From: Eledone cirrhosa
Lineage: Eukaryota
Reading direction: 5' to 3'
Length of the DNA stretch: 64,000 nt
NCBI GenBank assembly: GCA_964016885.1
Contig: OZ024741.1
Coordinates: 50,096,001-50,160,000, forward strand
Positions 12,001-22,852 of this stretch are shown one piece after another (position 1 is the stretch's first letter; every line of letters starts with the position of its first letter). The notes beneath the pieces are model-generated. The model was not told where the DNA came from. It searched no databases and saw only the letters and a program-made list of their open reading frames with translations. The position numbers and the translations under genes are program-made.

Positions 12001-14517
12001 AGTGGGGTCCACTCTGTCTTTAGTGGGGTCCACTCTGTCTTTAGTGGGGTCCACTCTGTCTTTAGTGTAGTCCACTCTGTCTTTAGTGTAGTCCACTCTC
12101 TCTTTAGTGGAGTCCACTCTGTCTTTAGTGGAGTCCACTCTGTCTTTAGTGGAGTCCATTCTGTCTTTAGTGGAGTCCATTCTGTCTTTAGTGTAGTCCA
12201 CTCTGTCTTTAGTGGAGTCCACTCTGTCTTTAGTGGAGTCCACTCTCTCTTTAGTGGTGTCCACTCTCTCTTTAGTGTAGTCCACTCTGTCTTTAGTGTA
12301 GTTCACTCTGTCTTTAGTGGAGTCCACTCTGTCTTTAGTGGAGTCCACTCTGTCTTTAGTGGAGTCCATTCTGTCTTTAGTGTAGTCCATTCCGTCTTTA
12401 GTGTAGTCCATTCCGTCTTTAGTGGAGTCCACTCTGTCTTTAGTGGGGTCCACTCTGTCTTTAGTGGGGTCCACTCTGTCTTTAGTGTAGTCCACTCTCT
12501 CTTTAGTGGAGTTCACTCTCTCTTTAGTGGAGTTCACTCTCTCTTTAGTGGAGTTCACTCTGTCTTTAGTGGAGTCCACTCTCTCTTTAGTGGAGTCCAC
12601 TCTGTCTTTAGTATAGTCCACTCTCTCTTTAGTGTAGTCCACTCTGTCTTTAGTGTAGTCCACTCTGTCTTTAGTGGAGTCCACTCTGTCTTTAGTGTAG
12701 TCCACTCTGTCTTTAGTGTAGTCCACTCTGTCTTTAGTGTAGTCCACTCTGTCTTTAGTGTAGTCCACTCTGTCTTTAGTGTAGTCCACTCTGTCTTTAG
12801 TGTAGTCCACTCTGTCTTTAGTGGAGTCCACTCTGTCTTTAGTGGAGTCCACTCTGTCTTTAGTATAGTCCACTCTCTCTTTAGTGGAGTCCACTCTGTC
12901 TTTAGTGGAGTCCACTCTGTCTTTAGTGGAGTCCACTCTGTCTTTAGTGGAGTCCACTCTGTCTTTAGTGGAGTCCACTCTGTCTTTAGTGGAGTCCACT
13001 CTGTCTTTAGTGTAGTCCACTCTGTCTTTAGTATAGTCCACTCTGTCTTTAGTGTAGTCCACTCTATCTTTAGTGGAGTTCACTCTGTCTTTAGTGGGGT
13101 CCACTCTGTCTTTAGTGGAGTCCACTCTGTTTTTTAGTGGAGTCCACTCTGTCTTTAGTGGGGTCCACTCTCTCTTTAGTGGAGTTCACTCTGTCTTTAG
13201 TGTAGTCCACTCTGTCTTTAGTGGAGTCCATTCTGTCTTTAGTGTAGTCCATTCTGTCTTTAGTGTAGTCCACTCTGTCTTTAGTGTAGTCCACTCTGTC
13301 TTTAGTGTAGTCCATTCTGTCTTTAGTGTAGTCCATTCTGTCTTTAGTGTAGTCCACTCTGTCTTTAGTGTAGTCCACTCTGTCTTTAGTGTAGTCCACT
13401 CTATCTTTAGTGTAGTCCACTCTGTCTTTAGTGGAGTCCACTCTGTCTTTAGTGGAGTTCACTCTGTCTTTAGTGTAGTCCACTCTGTCTTTAGTGTAGT
13501 CCACTCTCTCTTTAGTGTAGTCCACTCTGTCTTTAGTGGAGTCCATTCTGTCTTTAGTGTAGTTCACTCTGTCTTTAGTGGGGTCCACTCTGTCTTTAGT
13601 GTAGTCCATTCTGTCTTTAGTGTAGTTCACTCTGTCTTTAGTGGGGTCCACTCTGTCTTTAGTGTAGTCCACTCTGTCTTTAGTGGGGTCCACTCTCTCT
13701 TTAGTGTAGTCCACTCTGTCTTTAGTGGAGTCCATTCTGTCTTTAGTGGAGTCCATTCTGTCTTTAGTGTAGTCCATTCTGTCTTTAGTGGAGTCCACTC
13801 TGTCTTTAGTGGAGTCCATTCTGTCTTTAGTGTAGTCCACTCTGTCTTTAGTGGAGTCCACTCTGTCTTTAGTGGAGTCCACTCTCTCTTTAGTGGAGTT
13901 CACTCTCTCTTTAGTGGAGTTCACTCTCTCTTTAGTGGAGTTCACTCTGTCTTTAGTGGAGTCCACTCTCTCTTTAGTGTAGTCCACTCTGTCTTTAGTG
14001 TAGTCCATTCTGTCTTTAGTGTAGTCCACTCTGTCTTTAGTGGAGTCCACTCTGTCTTTAGTGTAGTCCACTCTGTCTTTAGTGGGGTCCACTCTGTCTT
14101 TAGTGGGGTCCACTCTATTTTTAGTGTAGTCCACTCTCTCTTTAGTGGAGTTCACTCTCTCTTTAGTGGAGTTCACTCTCTCTTTAGTGGAGTTCACTCT
14201 CTCTTTAGTGGAGTCCACTCTGTCTTTAGTGTAGTCCACTCTGTCTTTAGTGTAGTCCATTCTGTCTTTAGTGTAGTCCACTCTGTCTTTAGTGTAGTCC
14301 ATTCTGTCTTTAGTGTAGTCCATTCTGTCTTTAGTGTAGTCCACTCTGTCTTTAGTGGGGTCCACTCTGTCTTTAGTGGAGTCCACTCTGTCTTTAGTGG
14401 AGTCCACTCTGTCTTTAGTGGAGTCCACTCTGTCTTTAGTGGAGTTCACTCTCTCTTTAGTGGAGTTCACTCTCTCTTTAGTGGAGTCCACTCTGTCTTT
14501 AGTGTAGTCCACTCTGT
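1..14517. repeat. 21-bp tandem satellite, consensus AGTGGAGTCCACTCTGTCTTT, ~690 units visible, truncated by window start
   Basis: Uninterrupted 21-nt periodicity. Recurrent variants are GGA>GTA/ATA/GGG/AGA, CAC>CAT, GTC>CTC/ATT and TCC>TTC, with a few 19- and 22-nt units. The array ends at ...GTCCACTCTGT|TGTAGATA near 14517. Confidence 0.99.
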
Positions 14518-14729
14518 TGTAGATATTTGGTCATGTCTCCGGTCTAAGAATGTCCTATCTTTATCTCATCAATTTCTGAGGCTCTTTTCCTCCAAAGATG
14601 CTTTTTTTTTAAATGCTTCTCTTGGTAGAGGTCTTTGTTGCTATTTTTGATTGGCAACTTGGTTTGCTATGACTTCCCCTACCCCACCAGGCCAAATCTA
14701 CTTCAATTCATTCTTTACAGTCTTAAAAA

Positions 14730-14930
14730 CACATTGGATAATTTAATCCTAGATACATTATGTCTGAATAAATTATGGGATGGTCATGGTTGGAACAGCT
14801 TTGATTTATAGGTCTGCCAAATTTAGGTTGACTTGGGTTTAAAAACCAAAAAAAGGACACATTGGATAATGTTTGAGATACTGTCTGAATAAATGGTGGG
14901 ATAGTCATGGTTGGAACATCTTTGATTATA
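14730..14930 (+). mobile_element. Two adjacent copies of a SINE-type 3' tail segment (GAATAAA..GGGATGGTCATGGTTGGAAC..TTTGAT..TAGGT); the second is interrupted by the mariner
   Basis: 14764-14830 and 14885-14930 plus 16157-16185 align to each other. Related text occurs at ~23990-24050 and ~61000-61040. Confidence 0.6.
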
Positions 14931-16156
14931 TGTGAGTGGGCTGAAAAGTTCATAGGCTGACTATGAAGGAGCGATGCTAGAGCTGTGAAATCATGTATTC
15001 ATTCATTTGAACTCTTCTTATTAATAATTACATTGTTTCTTTCCAGGTAAATTGAGATCTGACTGTTCAAAGAGGACTTCAAAAGTAACTAGTAGCAACT
15101 TCTCTTGAAAATGGTCAAAATTTGACATCGTGGTGTTATCAACTACTTGCAGAAAAGGGGTTTAGTCCGGAAGGGCATTCTTGTTGACATGGTTGCTACA
15201 TTAGAGGATGATGCTCCAACTTTATCAACAGTCAAAAGTGGGCAGCTGAATTTAGGAGGGGAAGGGAGAGTCTTGAAGATGACTCAAGGTCTGGACCTCC
15301 TGCAACTGCCACCACCGAGGAAAACATAGTGTTCACCACATGGTGATGGATGACAGGCGATTGACTATAAATCAAATAGCCAATGTGATTAGCGTATCCT
15401 GTAAGGGAGTTGAGAATATTCTGCACAATGAAGTTGGCATGACGAAGGTTTCTGCTCAGTGGGTGCCATGTCTTCTGACATTTGATCAAAAGTGCACCAG
15501 GTTGATCACATTACAGGAAAATCTGACATTGTTTGAGGCAGATCAGCTGGTTTCCTTGCATGTTTCCTAACCCAGGATGAATGTTGGGTTCATCACTTTG
15601 AGACAGAGACAATTCATGCAGTGGAAACACCCCTCCTAACCTGCTCCAAAGAAGGCCAAGTTCATTTCAACTGCAGGAAAGATGATGGACTCAGATTTTT
15701 GGAATGCATAAAGCATTGTGTTTATTCTCTCTTTGAAAGGGCCACACCATCAATGGAGAGTATTATGCAAACATTTTACGAAAGGCTACCAAGACCAAAC
15801 ACTCAAGAAAACTGACTAAAGGGATCTTGTTTCATCAGGATAATGCTCCATCACACAAGTCCTTGATTTCAATGGCCTCTGTGTGTGACTGTGGTTTTGA
15901 ACAGGTTGATCACCCTCTCTATTCTCCTGATTTGTCCCCATCTGACTAACATCTGTTCCCCAACTTGAAAAAACACTTGACTGGGAACCAGTATTGCGGT
16001 GATGAAGACTTTTTTTACCAATGGGATCCAAGCATTGCAACACCGATGAAAGAAGTGTGGAGACTGCAAGGGGGACTATGTTGAAAAATAAACCTCATTT
16101 GGTCACATTCCACGAGAGTTTCTTGGTCAGCCTTTGAACTTTTCAACTGACCCTTG
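14931..16156 (+). mobile_element. Full-length (1226 bp) decayed mariner (DD34D) DNA transposon, possibly irritans-like
   Basis: Imperfect ~31-bp TIRs: 14931 TGTGAGTGGGCTGAAAAGTTCATAGGCTGAC and 16126-16156 GTCAGCCTTTGAACTTTTCAACTGACCCTTG. TA flanks both ends (14929-30, 16157-58), and transposase motifs lie inside. Confidence 0.95.
15111..16091 (+). pseudogene. Mariner transposase pseudogene (stops and frameshifts)
   Basis: Motifs in order across shifted frames: MVKI*HRGVINYLQKRGL, DDRRLTINQIA (HTH), VSAQWVPCLLT (WVPHEL-like), TQDECWVHH (first D), LFHQDNAPSH (second D), HPLYSPDLSPSD*HLFP (YSPDL, third D), and terminal GDYVEK*. Confidence 0.93.
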
Positions 16157-16379
16157 TAGGTTTGCTGATTTGAGGTTAAAAAATAACATCTTGACTGAAC
16201 TGTGTTAGTTCAACTGGTATGGTGTTTCTGTTCCATCCCCTTTCCTCTCTTCCTCCCATCTCTCTCTCTCTCTCTCTTGCTCTCTCTCTAGTAGCAGTGA
16301 GTCCAACACCCTAACCACTAGGTCATGTGGTACACTAGTATGTATATGTTTGCATGTGAAGATTTTTTTTGTTTTGCAG

Positions 16380-16503
16380 CCAGCTAATCCCTTGTAAGGT
16401 TTTAATAGTATGTGCCATTGAGCAAGAGATCCTCTGTCAATGGTTAGTTGTTCTTCTGGCCTTCCACCGCAGACATCAACAAAATGACATCTTTCTTCCT
16501 TGA
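16380..16503 (+). CDS. Tentative terminal coding exon of an unidentified plus-strand gene (QLIPCKVLIVCAIEQEILCQWLVVLLAFHRRHQQNDIFLP*), resembling the last strand and helix of a PH domain
   Basis: Strong acceptor TTTTTTTTGTTTTGCAG ends at 16379. A 40-codon frame has the A-x8-W-L spacing of PH C-terminal helices and is followed by kilobases of UTR-like simple-sequence DNA. No upstream exon is visible, and an alternative frame reads PANPL*. Confidence 0.35.
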
Positions 16504-16799
16504 CACTTTCATGTCTTACCCTTATCTCCTTATTTTTACATCCTATTTTTGTTGCTTTCTTTTTTTTATCTTTAATTTAATTTAATTTATTTTTTCCAAA
16601 AAGAAAAGAAAATTTTTTAAGGGAACAAATACTAAAAGGAAAAATTTTTATTATTATTATTAATTATATAAATATAATTTTTTTTTCTTTTAAATCCTGA
16701 TTTGTTACCTTGCTTCTATTTCCAGACATATTTGCAGGTGATCACTTGTTACGATGACAACCTTCCTACTGACTCACTTCTCCCATTTTATCATACCAA

Positions 16800-16890
16800 C
16801 ATGACAACCACAACAACAACAACTACTATTACTACTACTGTAACTATTCATACAACTACTACTACTACTACTGATATTACTACTACTACG
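16800..16890. repeat. (ACA)n/(ACT)n trinucleotide microsatellite
   Basis: ACAACAACAACAACTACTATTACTACTACT... is directly visible. Confidence 0.85.
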
Positions 16891-18714
16891 TCAACAGACT
16901 TGACTATAACTTGCTACGACACACCTGAGCCAGCTGTAGTATCTTCAGAATCGACGTACAACCAAAAACATGAGTAAGACATGACTGGGTGTGTGAGCAT
17001 TGCCTGGATGTGTCTTGGTATGAGTATGTTGCTATGATTTGTGTGTGTCTGTGTATATTACTGTGTTCTGTGTCTCTGAATGAATGTGTTGTTTGTGTAT
17101 ATTACTGTGTTTTGTGTCTGTGAATGAGTGTGTGTAAGCATGAATGAATGAGCGTGTTTGGGTTTGTGTTAAATGCTAGGTATATGTTGTACGATTGATT
17201 AGTATTTTAAAAAAAAAAGAAAAAGAAATAGAAGAATATTCTGAAAATGTGTGAAACCAAAAATGTGAAACAGATTTGAAGAGAAATGATGGAAAGACTA
17301 GAAAAACTGAATCAGAAAAGTGGACAATGTCAAACTAACCATCTGTCACTGATTGGATTATACCTGGTCAGTATATTGACAATGACATCACTTACACAAC
17401 AACTTGACCACCTGAATACTTGGAAACAACAACCCTTACAACTACAACTACTAGTATTACGGTAGCTATTACTACAGTAACTACTGAAACATTTAGTTTT
17501 AATTAACTAAAGAGAAAAAAAGATATAAGCTTTTGAAGATGTAAAATAAAGATTTTTTTTTATTTCTCCCTCCTAACTTCCTGAGAAATCCGACAACAGC
17601 AGGAGAAGGAAAAGTCCAAACTAGAACTCCTGACGCCCTAGCAACGAACTGAGACGGAGAACAAGTCCCAATTCAACCTACACTTCTTACAGCTGACACG
17701 TTTGTGTGACTTAGTGGCTTCATTAAATTCAATACATCTCTTTTGATGGAGATGGGAGAATTTTCTCCCAATCCCTTTTTCTATCTTTCCCTTCTCTTTC
17801 TCTCTATCTTTCTATATCTTTCAACCATTCTATTTTAATAGTAACTGATGGTAGTGGTCTTGGCAGAAATAGTTGACCACTGAAATTGATGCCTTTTGCT
17901 ATTTAGTCTGTGATCTTCCATTTCTGATTTCAAACCCTGCCCTTAATATTTGATTTTATCTTTTCATCTATACAGGAAGAGTTAAAAAAAAACTAAATAT
18001 GTATAGGTAGGTAGCAGAATCTTAGATTGTCAGACAAAATATCAGCTGGTATTTGGTTGTTCATTTCGCCACCTTTTGGAAAACTGTTAAGAGTATTTAT
18101 AGTGTAGGAAGTTCAATTAGCCACCAAGGGTGGTCAATATGATTGGTAATACCTTCCTCCTTCTGATGGAGGGAAATTCCTCACAATGGTGGTGAGGAAG
18201 GGGGTAGGGTCATTTCAGGGATGATAAATTTACACATGTTAATCATAAGAACAGCAACAATACTTGGTGGTGGTGGTCCCACTTTACTGGACATTGGTTA
18301 GTTAAGGGAAACTGTCAGCACCAGTACAGGGGTTTCACATTTTAAACCATTCTAACATCTTCACCCCTTAAATTTTTTGTTTTAATAATTTAATTCATCA
18401 TTTTCTGACTGTTTGTGTTTTGGGGAAGAAATTGTGTGATTTTAAGATGAAATTAATCATATTTAGTGTCTCTTTGTTAGTTTGTTAGGCAAAATATTTA
18501 GATATTGAAATTTTTATTGTGTAGCAGTGAGGTTAACTTACTGACTCTATGGCTGGTTAGAAATTCAAATCTTACCACAGCCATTGTTTCCTTGCTATAT
18601 CAGATTCCACACTTACTACATGACTCAATGATATTTAATTAGAACAACAAACAAATGGAAAGACAATGTTCTCAAGTGATAGAAGGCAGGAGACTGAATT
18701 AAGTGCAAGAATTG

Positions 18715-19085
18715 CAGGAGCTGGTGCAGTAATGCACCAAAGTTGCTATCTTCAATTCAGTTTTCATGCTAAGTCTTGTATAAGGACCAAAAGAATACAA
18801 GTGGCTGAAATAGGATTTTTTGAGTAACATTTCTCAATGGGGTATGTAGCTCATAAATCAAAGAGTCACTCCATGTAGGACCACTACTTCTCTACATGGA
18901 CAGATACGGGCAAAACCAATCAACAGGAAACCCTGTGATTGACCCCGAACAAGATGGTTGGATAACATCTATGAACTCAGTTGGGGATCCAGCCAGATAA
19001 ACTGGAAACAGTTGCTTCTGACAAGTGTGCTAGGGGACTCTGCTTCTATGAATCTCCCTGGAATAAGTGGGTGAAGAAGAGAACA
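18715..19085 (+). mobile_element. Degenerate RTE-clade LINE 3' fragment
   Basis: Broken translation KVAIFNSVFM..RIQVAEIGF..IKESLHVGPLLLYM..PRTRWLDNIYELSW matches the RTE ORF C-terminal RGRPRxRWxD region. Confidence 0.7.
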
Positions 19086-19152
19086 ACAACAAACAAATGC
19101 TCCCATGTGTATATATAGATATATGTGTGTGTGTATATATAACTCCTGACCA

Positions 19153-19450
19153 TAAGTGTAGCTACATGGTCAAGAAATTTGCTTCACAATCATGAAGTCC
19201 CATCTTCAGTTCCACTGCATCACCTCTCAGGTGAATGTCATTACCATAGCCTCATAAGTGAAATTGGGTTGGTGGAAACTGGAAGGCCATTGTATGGATT
19301 GTACCCTAATTTAAAGGACCAGCTTTGTCACACAGTCCTGATATTGCTTGAAAATTATGTTAAAGTACATATGTCTGTGGAATACTCAGCCAGTTATTAA
19401 CAAGTCAAATGACTAGTTGATTGAACAGCTGAAGACATCTTCAAAACCAT
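19153..19450 (+). mobile_element. Degenerate tRNA-derived SINE with associated tail
   Basis: GTAGCTACATGGTCAAGAAATTTGCTTCACAATCA..TTCAGTTCCACTGC head with A/B-box remnants, then GTGAAATTGGGTTGGTGGAAACTG. It resembles abundant octopus SINEs (recalled, not searched). Confidence 0.55.
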
Positions 19451-19492
19451 TGGAGGATCCATCATTTCACCTGCACATCATGTGTGTATATA

Positions 19493-19665
19493 CCGTATAT
19501 GCCAGTGTACAAGTCGACATTTGGAGCCTAAAAATATTTCTCCAAAACCAGGGATCGACTTGTCTGCTGAATATGAAAGTATGCGTGCTGCTTCACCTGA
19601 AATACACCTCAGAATTTTAGGGGTCGGCCTATGTGCCGGATCGGCTTGCATGCCGGTATATACAA
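19493..19665. mobile_element. 173-bp MITE of Tc1/mariner superfamily (Tc2/pogo-type CCGTAT termini)
   Basis: Left TA|CCGTATATGCCAGTGTACAAGTCGA and right TCGGCTTGCATGCCGGTATATACAA|TA form imperfect ~25-bp TIRs. Subterminal TCGACTTG/TCGGCCTA repeats are present. Confidence 0.75.
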
Positions 19666-20287
19666 TATATATAGGAAATATGTTTGGATGTGGGGAGCAA
19701 AGTTTTAGAATAGGAATAGAAATATTGACTAAATAATATAGGTTTATACACCCCATTATTAAACTATATTATGTAGTCAATGTTACGGTGATGCTCCTAT
19801 TTCAATATATATTGAGTATTTAAGTTGATCTGTAACATTTCAAATTGCAAAAGTGGTGTTGGTGTTATTGTGGTTGCACCACACAACTTTCTTTAAATGT
19901 GTTTCTGTGTGTGTGTAAACACTTGAATGTGAACAAGGAGAAAAGAGAGTACTATATTGTATTTTATTAGAACTTGAAGCTTCTTACTTTGTGTTTCTAT
20001 TTCTGATCTTTGGTCAATGAAGAATGAAACATGAGATAAGTGTTTAGATAAGATGAAGAAAAAATATTTGATTATTTACATGAGCTTTAATTGAATAATT
20101 AGGAAGACGGATTCTTAGTAGTTGGTCATATGATGATTGTATATGATATAGAAAATAATCTAATATCAAATGGGTTCTGTGTGTGTGAGGGATATGTGTC
20201 TGGCTGAATATTTGATGATGTAAGAGAAAGAGGCCTTGGAATTCAATGTTGTCTGTCAGGAAATAGGAAATGTTATATTTAATTCCT

Positions 20288-20560
20288 CACACTGCAAAGT
20301 GGTTGTAGAGGTGCCACGGCAAAAAAGCACCCAGCCCACACTGTAAAGTGGACGTGTAGGCGCCACGGGAAAAATGCACCTACTACTCACTGTAAATGAG
20401 GTTGGTGTTAGGAAGGGCATCCAGCTGTAGAAATCAAGCCAGAGTCAGTTCCCGTATGAGCAAGACAAGGTCAGCCGACCGGACACTGCCCACAACAGGA
20501 AAACCCATCTAACCCATGCTAGCATGGAAGAACGGACGTGAAACGGTGATGATGATGAAT
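20288..20560 (+). mobile_element. 5'-truncated SINE of the same family as 32939 and 62191, with internal ~50-bp tandem duplication and a (GAT)n tail
   Basis: CACTGCAAAGTGG..GCCACGGCAAAAAAGCACCCAG occurs twice, followed by GGTTGGTGTTAGGAAGGGCATCCAGCTGTAGAAATCAAGCCAG and the tail CCCATGCTAGCATGGAAGAACGGACGT..GATGATGATG. Confidence 0.85.
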
Positions 20561-21687
20561 TGAGTAAATCTGTGGAAAATCCACGGTGAACATAAAGTAT
20601 TATATTGCAGTTCACATTCTTTAACCCTAAAGAAAGACACTGCCTATGAATTTCAAATAATGTTGAATTTGGAAGGTTTAGAAACATCACTAACTTTCTG
20701 ACGACTAAGCTGGTATTTGGAACATAACAAAGGTTCTTACATACATAAAATATGATGGAAAGATTTTAGATAAATATAAACACTTTAAAATAAAGTTTTG
20801 TATTGTAGAACCAAGGGCAGTTTCTGACAGTTTGGTATCAAGAAGGTTAAATTGAATATCAGGTAATTTTTCAGTATTTTTGTTAGGGTTGACAAAACAA
20901 AAATAAAGCAATTTATTTTAACTAATTTTATTGAAGTTTAACAATTTTCTATTTTATACTAAAAACAAAAGCACACATCTTTAGAAAATTCTTAGAGTTC
21001 ATTCTGACATATCAAATTTCCATTGGTGTGTTCTAAGTGCCTAGTTCTTATTTTACTTAACTGCTGTGTAATCTTTATGGATAAAGTCAAAAATAAAAAA
21101 TAAAATGGTGGTGGTGGTTATGCCCTCATTGTCATCACTGTCTCCAAAACTTTATCTCTCTATTTACATCATCAGTGGTACCACCATAACTCTGGATGGA
21201 CTCCTTATATTAATGACACAAACATGAATATTATGTTGTCTATCTTCCTATTATTTGTGTATTAGATATCACTTAGTGACAAACAGTTTTACTATTAATT
21301 AGTCTTTATGGAGAAGAAATGTGTATATGAGTGTGACCTTTTGTGTTTTATCATAAGTATATTGATCTCCAGTAGTAGTAGTAGTATGTGGATTAAATTT
21401 CTACAGTGACTTTGTGACCATTAAACTAATGTTTAAGACCAAACATTTCCTACATATTTCACAGTGGAACTGTTTCATTACTGAATATTTTTCACTATTG
21501 TGAATTTCTTTGTGTGAAGACATCATATTTCAAAGAGAATGGTTGCTTACAACTGGACTCGTGAATTAACGGTCATGAATCTTAGGATCATTAGAGATAT
21601 ATCAAGATTGTAAATACTTTTCATTGTGGAAATGTAAAAATTAAATTGATAAATGCTTAGGTTCTATAACTACTTTAATTATTGAAA

Positions 21688-21860
21688 TCATCATCATAAA
21701 CGTCCATTTTCCACACTAGCATGGGTAGGACGGGCAGTCCCTTTGTAGGAGATCAGGTCAGAGGACCATGATTCGCATACACGGAACTGATTTTGGCTTT
21801 TCTCCAGCTGGATGCCAACCACTTTACAGAGTGGTCTGGGTGCTTTTTGTCATGTCACCA
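21688..21860 (-). mobile_element. Degenerate SINE 3' half with (GAT)n tail
   Basis: CATCATCATAAACGTCCATTTTCCACACTAGCATGGG...CCAGCTGGATGCCAACCACTTTACAGAGTGGTCTGGGTGCTTTT is the reverse complement of the 20288 family. Confidence 0.7.
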
Positions 21861-22734
21861 ACTTAAATAAGATTGTTAATACTTTCAGTTTTCACTGTTA
21901 TTTCATTTTGGCATACATTACAGTTAATGTAGTGGCAACACAAACTTAACCTACTGTCATTCATTACTAAAGTTACTGGTGTATTGTGTACAAGAGATAT
22001 TGTTTCGGGATATTTTTATTGAAAGAATTAAAATATTTTATAATCGAAGTCTTTACAATTTCGATTATATCTTTGATAGCCTTCTGCACTTAAGGCAATC
22101 AATCCATGGGATCAGTATTTGTCAGTTGTATCTATCTTGTCTGGAATTATCTATAGAAATCACTGCATACAGAACATTATCATTTATAAGCTATGTTATT
22201 TATACACATGTAAACACACCTGCATAACAATTGATGGGAAGCCAATTAAAGAGAATAGGCCTTCATTAAGAACAGTTCTGGGCTGTAGTTACTTATGAGC
22301 CTGGGTAATATTAGATATTCTGCTAGTGATTAAATATGGGTGAGGGGAGAACAGTCCTAAAGTGTGTGTGTGTGTACAGTGAAATCAAGTTGTAGTAAAG
22401 ATGTGAAAATACTGGTTGTCTAAAGTAGCTCAAACAACGTTTGTTTACTGGTTTAAGTCAATTGACTGTGGCCATGTTGCAGCACCATCTTAATCAATCA
22501 TATAAACTCTGGTACTGATTTTATTGATTTCTTTTTGTCAAACTGTTTTGTGGCATTGATATGGACACACTTTCTGTCCAGTAAATTTCATTAATATAGT
22601 ATTGGTCAAGCTAGAGCTATAGAAGACATGAAATATGAATGTTAGAATGGCAAGTTTCTAGTTTAAATATGTAGTTCATGTTATAGGTGCCTTGCTCTTT
22701 TTTTTGTTTAAACATGTCCTCTGTTAGAATTGCA

Positions 22735-22852
22735 CTGGGTTTAGCTTTGCCTTTCATCCTTACGAGATCAATAATATAAAGCACTAGTAACGACTGCAGT
22801 TGATTTTTCTTACTCCTTCCTTATATTTTCTTGTGCCAAATGTAGAAACAAA
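22735..22852 (+). mobile_element. Degenerate SINE fragment of the family at 30907
   Basis: CTTTGCCTTTCATCCTTACGAGATCAATAATATAAAGCACTAGTAA..CTTGTGCCAAATGTAGAAAC matches 31005-31120. Confidence 0.6.

Noticed and set aside
1-14517. CRISPR array (palindromic 21-bp repeats)
   Set aside because: Repeats are directly adjacent with no unique spacers, there are no cas genes, and the context is eukaryotic and intron-containing.
798-14650. Heptad-repeat ORFs (DSTKDRV, VHSVFSG, STLSLVE) as annotated genes
   Set aside because: They are translations of a 21-bp satellite, open on both strands, broken by indels, starting at arbitrary GTG/ATG and with no unique domain. Kept only as a low-ranked finding.
16380-16425. 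MLH1 3' end (MLH1 is tail-to-tail with LRRFIP2 in human)
   Set aside because: The invariant C-terminal LYKVFERC is not encoded in any frame here, and I did not see it elsewhere in the window.
16702-16977. Thr-rich mucin-like ORF
   Set aside because: The poly-T run comes from an (ACA/ACT)n microsatellite, the start is TTG, and there is no convincing exon structure.
17570-17700. GC-richer purine-rich stretch as a possible exon
   Set aside because: No convincing splice-site pair or recognisable peptide.
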